In this document: in pieces, positions 57,157-64,000 of the stretch
Numbering within the stretch: position 1 is the first letter of the stretch
Layout of the letters: each line of letters starts with the position of its first letter
NCBI GenBank assembly: GCA_964016885.1
Contig: OZ024743.1
Location: forward strand, 63,550,001 to 63,614,000
Source: Eledone cirrhosa
Lineage: Eukaryota
Direction: 5' to 3'
Length of the DNA stretch: 64,000 nt
The notes under the pieces: generated by a model
What the model was told of the DNA's origin: nothing
Database searches by the model: none
What the model saw: only the letters and a program-made list of their open reading frames with translations
Made by a program: the position numbers and the translations under genes

Positions 57157-59978
57157 CATCATCATCATCATCATCATTTTACGTCTGCTTTTCCCTGCTT
57201 GCAAGGGTGAGATGGGTCTTATTCAGCACAGCATCTCTCCACTCGTCACGGGCCTTTGTCATCACCGTGAGCTTCAGCAACCTGAGGTCTGTTCTCACCA
57301 CCTCCGCCCATGTTTTTCGTGGTCTATCTCTACCACGTCTTCCTTCAACTGGCATTTCCTGGCACTTCTTCACCCATCGGTCATCCTCCATGCGCATCAT
57401 ATGTCCATACCACCTCAGTCTCCTCTCTCGCACACTACATTCTATCCCTCTCAGACACAGTTTCTCTCTCAACACATTCATGCTGGGTCGTTCACGCACA
57501 TTGATATTGCACATCCAATGGAGCATACTTGCCTCATTTCTCTCCAGCCGTCGCATATCCTCTGCAGTTGCTGCCCATGTCTCACTACCATGCAGTATCG
57601 CGCTCCTCACACAAGCATCATATAACTGGCCTTTCGTACGCAGGGAGAAACCCTTCTTCATCAGCAGAGGAAGCAGCTCCCTAAACTTCTTCCAACCTGT
57701 CCTTATTCTAGATACTATGGCCTCTGAAAACTGCCCTCCCATGCTAATCTGATCTCCTAGATACCGGAAGCTATCCGCCACTTCTATAGCACCTGCCTGC
57801 ATTTGAAAAATGTGTCTATCAATGCGACTTCTACTGTCTAATTTTCCTGTACATCTACTGTATACATATTTCTCCCTACCTGTTAGTTTGCCTGCTATCC
57901 CACTACATCTCTTGTGTACCCAGGATCTGCATTGTGTGCATTTTATAGAATTTATGCCAGTTCCTTTTCTATATATCGAACATGGCCATTTCCCTGACAG
58001 GATCAAAGTTTTGTCCTCTTTTCAACTCATCAACACTTTTGTCTTAGCTAGGTTCACTCTCAGTCCTCTTGCTTCCAACTGCTGTTTCCATAGCCAGAAT
58101 TTATTCTCTAGCTCCTCTACTGATTCTGCTATAAGAACCAGATCATCAGCATAGAGAAGTTCCTATAGACAGCCAGTCTTAAACTCCTCTGTTATGCGTG
58201 GAGGACTATAATGAACAAGAGCGGGCTGAGGACCGAACCTTGATGTACTCTTACTTGTATCTGGAATTCCTTACTAAACTCCATTCCTACCCTGACTTTA
58301 CTGACAGTACCTCTGTACAAAGTTTGCACTGTCCTCACCAGCCATTCCTCAACACCTAGTTTCCTTAGGGACCACCAGATGACAGATCGCGGAACCCTAT
58401 CAAAGGCCTTCTCTAGGTCAACAAAGGCCAAGTACAGTGGCTTATTTTTCTCTAAGAACCTCTCTTGTAATTGTCTCACCAAGAAGAGGGCATCTCTTGT
58501 ACTCTTCCCAGTCACAAAACCAAACTGCATTTCATCTAGTTTGACCCTTTCTCTAATTAGTTGTGCTAATATCCTTTCTGCCACTTTCATAACCTGATCC
58601 ATCAGTTTTATACCCCTATAATTGCTCTTCTCCAGAGCATCCCCTTTACCTTTGTAGCAATTTATGAGAATACTGCTGCACCAGTCTTTGGGTATGACAC
58701 CACCATATATAGCCTGATTGATGATGCGTACCATCAGTTTAGTGCCTATGTTCCCTGATCCCTTCAGCATCTCAGCAACTATCCCGATGGTCCAGCAGCC
58801 TTACCATTTTACATTTCCTTAATCGCCTCTTGGACTCTATATTGGTCAATCTCAATAGCTGGTCTCTCTGTTAGATCTACTGAGGGTAATTTCTCTCTTT
58901 CCTATTCGTTCTCCACATTCATCAGTCTCTCATAATGACATTTCCACGCCTCCTTTTTCTGATCATTCGTGACACTAAGTACACCGGCATCATTCCGGAC
59001 ACATTTATCTCCAACAACATCCTGATTTGCATTGACACACTGCCTCGCAATATGGAATACCGCATGCCTCTGATCTTTCCATCGCAGAACATTGGCAAAC
59101 CACCTACTCTCAGCCTCCCTGCGTGCTAAGTACACCTGACGTCTAGCTTCTCTCTTAGCGGCTGTATATCCTTCTCTACTCCCACCCTTTTCCCAAGCCT
59201 TCCATGATAGTCTTTTGTCTCTAATGGCCTTATCTACTGTGCTGTTCCACCACCAGGTCATTCTCTGTCTGGTTGAAGCTCTGCTCTAGCCACAAGTTTC
59301 ATCAGTAGACTGCTGTAACTTGTCACATAAGAAATTCCAGTTATTATCCATGTCATACGTCTCTAAATCGTCTTCTTTTTCGTCATACACATCTTGAAGG
59401 GCTTTCCTAAATTTGTATTTTAGTGAAAGGTCTTTTAGCCTCCAGACCTTTCTTCTCCACACCTTCCTGTATGTCTCATTCCATCTCTTGCTTACTGAGA
59501 TATCACTAATGACTAACCTATGTCTTGGTATTAGACACCATCTGGCTGTCCCGCTGCCTAACTAGTAAGAAGTCAATCTGGTTTATGTGCCCGCCTGATT
59601 TGTAAGTTTTTAGGTGGTTGGCAGGTTTCTGGAAGTTAGTGTTGCAAATAGTCAGTGTACTTGCATCACAAAATTCAAGAAGTCTCACTCCTTCTTCATT
59701 TCTTGAACCGTAACCGTGCCCACCATGTACCCCAGTGTAACCATCCTGGAACTTTGCAACATGACCATTGAAGTCCCCTGCTAGCATAACGATGTCTCCG
59801 TCCTCTGTCATTGCGGTTGTTTGTAAAAGTTGCTTGTAAGAGCAGTCTTTCTCTTCTTTGCCTAGGCCTGCTTGGGGAGCATAGGCAGAGATGATTGTCA
59901 GTAGTCTCCTGCCTACAACTAATCTAAGCTTTATTATTCGATTACTAACTTGAACTACCTCTAGTGTCTTATTGATCC
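57157..59978 (-). mobile_element. RTE-clade LINE family R2, 5'-truncated within the APE domain, degraded
   Basis: APE remnants LAGDFNGHV and NQIDFLLV; TWWWN; RT; inverted relative to 49334-51149; ends at (TA)n. Confidence 0.93.
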
Positions 59979-60348
59979 ATATATATATATATATATATAT
60001 ATAAATCCAAAATGGCTGACTGAATGCGCATGTGTCTTTTCCCCATTTTTTCTCATTTTTTTCCTATTCCTTCCGCTTCTCACTCTTTATCTTCCTATTT
60101 TATCTTTTATTTTTAACTGTCTTCTGATGAAGGAATAGTGTCCAAAACGTTAAGACTCTTTTCCTGATATTTTATGTGTTAAATTAATATATTTCTTCAA
60201 TGTGCTGTGTTATTTGCATTGTTATTTCTGTTTACTTTTTACATACATATATATATCATGATTATCATGATTATGATATACATTATGTATGTATGTATAT
60301 ATATATGTATGTATGTATACATATATATACACAAATAAAGGAATAAAT

Positions 60349-60585
60349 CAGGGGCAGTGGAAACATTTTTGAATGAGGCGTGGGGGGCCAAATTTGGTCA
60401 ATTTCATTGTAGTGATTAGTTTAGCTGTTATCATCAAATATCAACCAAGATATCAAAAAACCTTTGATATGTACATAAATTGTAGTGCATATACAAATAG
60501 ATGTGTTTTGGTAGTTTGGAGAGAAAAATATAATTATTGGGGCGGCCATGCCCCCCCCCCCCACCCCCAAATTCCACCAGCCTTG
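60349..60585. mobile_element. Possible hAT-like MITE
   Basis: Imperfect TIR CAGGGGCAGTGGAA / TTCCACCAGCCTTG; no clean TSD. Confidence 0.4.
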
Positions 60586-60657
60586 TATATATATATATAT
60601 ATTAAAATCTTCCAACATAATTTTATATATAAGAACCACATGTTAACCACATGTTAA

Positions 60658-60878
60658 CCCTTTAGCATTTACATTACTCTATATTTACTATTATATTTTC
60701 ATGGTAAAGGCTTTCCCTCATATAATTATCTCCCATAATATCGAATCTATGAGATTTTGATATTATCTATGTTGAGAACAATACCTTAACATCAGTATGA
60801 GCGGCCAGTTACAGCTGATTTGAACAGAAAGAGGTGAGAGAATTCTGGCCAGATACAGCTGGTTTAAATGCTAAAGGG
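60658..60878. mobile_element. piggyBac-like MITE
   Basis: 14-bp TIR starting CCC; TTAA TSD at 60654-60657 and 60879-60882. Confidence 0.88.
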
Positions 60879-61114
60879 TTAAGTTGTTCTCTTAGTATTA
60901 AAATAATTAATAATTTTAGTATAGCTCTAAAAATTAAATATTTGAATTAGAGTGTATTTCGTTAGATATACTGCTGTAAAAGGGTTAAGATAGTAGCTAG
61001 TTAACAAGGTGACTTCTTCAGCTAAACCAGTAGAAGTGGCATCATTATTCCATTGCAATTTTCTGTAGCTTCTTACAAATATATAGGCTAATAAGAGAAA
61101 TGTAATTGTGTCGT

Positions 61115-62058
61115 TGTATGCTTGTGTGCATGTATGCTTGAGTGTGCATATGTATATGTGTGCATGAACATGTGAGTGTATGAATAAGTGTGTGAGATTG
61201 TGAGTGTGTGTGTGTGTCCCTGTGTATGTATTTATGCGTGTGTGCATGTGTGTGTGAATGTGTGTGTGTGTGTGCATGTATGTGTTTGTGTGTGATTGCA
61301 TGTGTGTGTGCGTGCTTGAATGTGTATGTGCACCTGTGAGTGTGATTGTATGATTGGGAGTGTGTGCATGTGTGTGTGTGTGTGTGTGTCTGTGCATGTA
61401 TGTGTGTGTGTGTATGTATTTATATGTGTGTGAGTGTGTGTGTATGTGTGTGTGTATATGTATGTATGTGTGTGTGTGTATATGTATGTATGTGTGTGTG
61501 TGTGTGTCAGTATGTGTTTGTGCATGTGCATGTGTGTAAGTGTGTGTGTGCATGTATGTGTGTGTGTCAGTATGTGTGTGTGTGTCAGTATATATGTGTG
61601 TGTGTCAGTATATATGTGTGTATGTGTGTATGTGTGTATGTGTGTGTATGTATGCAATTGTATATGAGTATTTGTACTTGATTGCACTCTATGACTTCAT
61701 TGATCAGAGATCACAGCAGTTGTCTCTGTGTTTATGTCAATCTCATATGTGTGTATCTATGTTATGTACATACATCTATATACTGTACAAACATATGTGC
61801 ATGTATATGTATATATCTTTGTATGTGTGTGTATTTATATGTAATATCCTCTCTCACAACACACACACACACATGTATATATACATATATATATACATAC
61901 ATACATACATACATACACACATGTACATATACATATGCATATATGTATATATAAATATATATATGTGTGTGTGTATATGCATACATATTTTTGCATATAT
62001 ATGTATATACATACATGTGTGTACATACTCATACGTATATATATATATATACAGACAT

Positions 62059-62102
<44 letters not shown>

Positions 62103-62201
62103 TATGAAGAGAGAAGAAACATTTAGATATAATTAGTAATAAAATGTATCATACCTAAACTGTTCCTAAATTCCTCGACTACGTAGTTTCGTGGCATAAA
62201 C

Positions 62202-62256
<55 letters not shown>

Positions 62257-62275
62257 TATTTATACACACACACTA
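61115..62275. repeat. (GT)n/(AT)n/(AC)n compound microsatellite field
   Basis: Directly visible; source of the HT/CV low-complexity ORFs. Confidence 0.95.
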
Positions 62276-62706
62276 TATTGACAAGTCTTTTGCCTTGTCA
62301 TAATCATCTGGCTTATTTGCTCTAACATTGGGAACTGCCCATGTAATGGGTTTATTTCCCATGTTTCACTCAGCTTCAGTATTAATTTCTGTTTGTTTAT
62401 TCTTTAGTATTGTTTGATTTCTTTCCTCAATATATGTCCATCTACCATGTAACTGTATATAGATTACTAAATATATTTACCTCTTGTCTCTTGTATATTT
62501 ACTTCTTTGCTGTAGAACATAATGATTTCTTTTCCTTTAGGTGCAAGGTCAACGTTTGTAGGTCTTCCATGCTTGCTGCAGCTGGCAAACTATTTATTCT
62601 TTTTTTTAGTCTGTGGCATTCAAGACATTTAGAAGGAAAGAGAACAGGGCTCTGACTACGAGGTTCTTGTCATTGTTGGAGGATTCACATTACTAATGTA
62701 CTAGAG

Positions 62707-63064
62707 CTGAGATTCTCAAACTTTTAGGGCCACCGCCCCCCTCACAGCCACGTAATAGCCTCAAAGACCCCCACCTTTATCTCCAGAGTGACCTGCCTAC
62801 ACACAAAATGTAAATAATATATAATAAATAAAATCATTGATTGGTATATAATAAATAATATAACATATACTATGTATAAATAAATATTATATATTTTTTA
62901 TTTTACTATATTTATATATAATATGTATCATTTGATATTTAATATACTATTATATCATCTCTACTCCCACCACTTCCCCCCACTGCCTCCATAGGCTACA
63001 GTGGTCCCCTGGACCTTCTCAATGCCCCCAGAGGGGGCGGTAGTACCCACTTTGAGAACCTCTT
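62707..63064. mobile_element. hAT (Charlie-like) MITE
   Basis: TIR CTGAGATTCTCAAA / TTTGAGAACCTCTT; 8-bp TSD TACTAGAG / AACTAGAG (7/8, central TA). Confidence 0.78.
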
Positions 63065-64000
63065 AACTAGAGGATTCCTGTGAGGGTGTTTGGTTCTTGT
63101 AACATCTTAACCTCACTATCACCCATGCCAATACTCCCAAAACTATTAAAGAGAAACTCTAGTGCCCTTCGTTGTGGCATGTGATTGAGTGTGTCTTCTC
63201 CCACATATTTTTTTTTTATAGATTATGTTTATTTATATGCATTCAATGGTGGAATGGTTAAGAAGATAAGAAGTTTTGCTTTGAAATCTTAACCTCCAGT
63301 TTTTTTATTACACTTTCATGGAATCTTTGGCAAGTATCGTTTACCATAGCATAAATATATATATAAACTACATAATGCAATGGTTGTTGCCTGATGATAT
63401 TTGTTGCTCTAGAACTAGTGTAGATTTGGTTGTTATTCTAAGAGTGTTTGGGGAGTAGATCTAAAGGGCATTATCGATTTTATTTTATGTCTAGTATCAT
63501 ATATATCTGGTGAGTAAGGATGAGTGTAGGGTTATGGATTATATTTACTTGAGTTGTTTTAGTGTCGATTTTTTTCCATTTAAATTAGGTCAATTAACAG
63601 TCATAGCTATATATGTGTGTGTATTTCAGTCACACAATGGTCTTCATTTAAGATTTATTTAGCATGAAAATGTGGCATGTTTTCTTCAAAGCAACTATGC
63701 TTTGATCTGGGTTCAGTATGGTTACACTGCTTTAGTAGAAGAAAAAGCATTAAAATATTTGTTGTATTTATGTTTATGTTTATGCAATGGGCTTCATTTA
63801 AGACTTTATTTAGCATAGAAATATGGCATAGGGCTATTATGGAATGCTCCTATCATTTTCCTGACTTCTTTGAAAACTCGCTAGAATTCAGAATACTATA
63901 GCAGCAATGTTGTTTAATAGAATCAAGCAGAAATAAAATGTAGATGAAATATTATTAAAGAGAAATACAAATAGTAACAAAATTTAAATAATATAAAAGC

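Noticed and set aside
60927-62136. His/Thr- and Cys/Val-rich ORFs
   Set aside because: Translations of dinucleotide microsatellites; the same applies to 40-378 and 44959-45329.

Overview
Repeat-dominated, AT-rich animal genomic DNA with no recognisable host gene. The SINE families and microsatellite load suggest an octopus/cephalopod, but that is inference. The main structure is a ~33 kb unidirectional head-to-tail chain (about 3926-37350, all minus strand) of L1/Tx1-clade non-LTR retrotransposons, each separated by short (AAT)n tracts. It holds four young ~6 kb copies with intact 1139-aa APE-RT-CCHC ORF2, one older full-length degraded subfamily copy and several 3' stubs. Interleaved in the chain is a tRNA-derived SINE that shares the LINE 3' terminus and whose solo copies have ~17-bp TSDs starting ATTATT. 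Together this points to an (ATT)n-targeting LINE/SINE pair that keeps inserting into the target it regenerates. The rest of the window holds decayed RTE-clade LINEs (mostly at (TA)n tracts, both orientations), R4/Dong-like RLE fragments, hAT and piggyBac-like non-autonomous DNA transposons, other SINEs, an 82-bp fold-back, microsatellites and a 200-N gap. All comparisons were made by eye; no database searches were run.
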